A stretch of 47,667 nucleotides of DNA. Origin: Actinomycetes bacterium (GTDB lineage Bacteria > Actinomycetota > Acidimicrobiia > Acidimicrobiales > Bog-793). A program made the position numbers and the translations under genes. The notes below the pieces were generated by a model that saw nothing but the letters and a program-made list of their open reading frames with translations, had not been told where the DNA came from and did no database searches. Shown in pieces: positions 47,561-47,667 of the stretch. The stretch's first letter is position 1. Each line of letters opens with the position of its first letter. Location: assembly GCA_021803215.1 (NCBI GenBank), contig JAJZLV010000125.1, positions 1 to 47,667 of the forward strand, written 5' to 3'.

Positions 47561-47667
47561 TCACTCCCCGAGCGCGGCTGCGATATCGCTGAGCCGGCGC
47601 CACAGGCGGCGGGCATCGAAGTCGTGGAAGTCGAAGTGCCGGTAGAACTCTGCGGCTCGCTCGTCGA
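47561..47667 (-). CDS. 3' end of a probable GNAT acetyltransferase toxin (cut by window edge)
   Basis: DERAAEFYRHFDFHDFDARRLWRRLSDIAAALGE* resembles the A..FY...GF C-terminal motif of TacT/AtaT-like GNATs. Confidence 0.65.
   Translation of the reverse strand, partial: DERAAEFYRHFDFHDFDARRLWRRLSDIAAALGE

Overview
High-GC actinobacterial DNA; gene content and order suggest Acidimicrobiia (inference). It has three zones. (1) 1-5.7 kb: initiator tRNA-Met, a stand-alone cNMP-binding protein and a minus-strand cassette encoding a sulfotransferase, an MFS transporter fused to an arylsulfotransferase (ASST)-like domain, and a 46-aa lipoprotein ending in Tyr. This is the best candidate for an undescribed system, a trans-membrane sulfate relay. 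(2) 5.7-27.4 kb: core-like genes: UPF0182, DivIVA-like protein with a phage-MuF-like Cys/His tail, PDZ-Lon protease, HEAT protein, divergent MreB, MoaE, inactive-looking HtrA, zincin, a decayed toxin-antitoxin (TA) pair, two WhiB genes, formimidoyltransferase, AAA+/VWA pair, Sdh1-type succinate dehydrogenase operon and an SCP2 protein. (3) 27.4-47.7 kb: an accessory island with an incomplete surface-polysaccharide cluster, an IS30, four uncharacterised co-oriented genes (one a P-loop protein), three complete TA pairs plus part of a fourth toxin, a phosphotransferase pseudogene, a degenerate copy of the tRNA-Met 3' half (att-like scar) beside a 13-bp tandem array, and a chimeric IS21 remnant. 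All calls come from reading motifs by eye; no searches were run.
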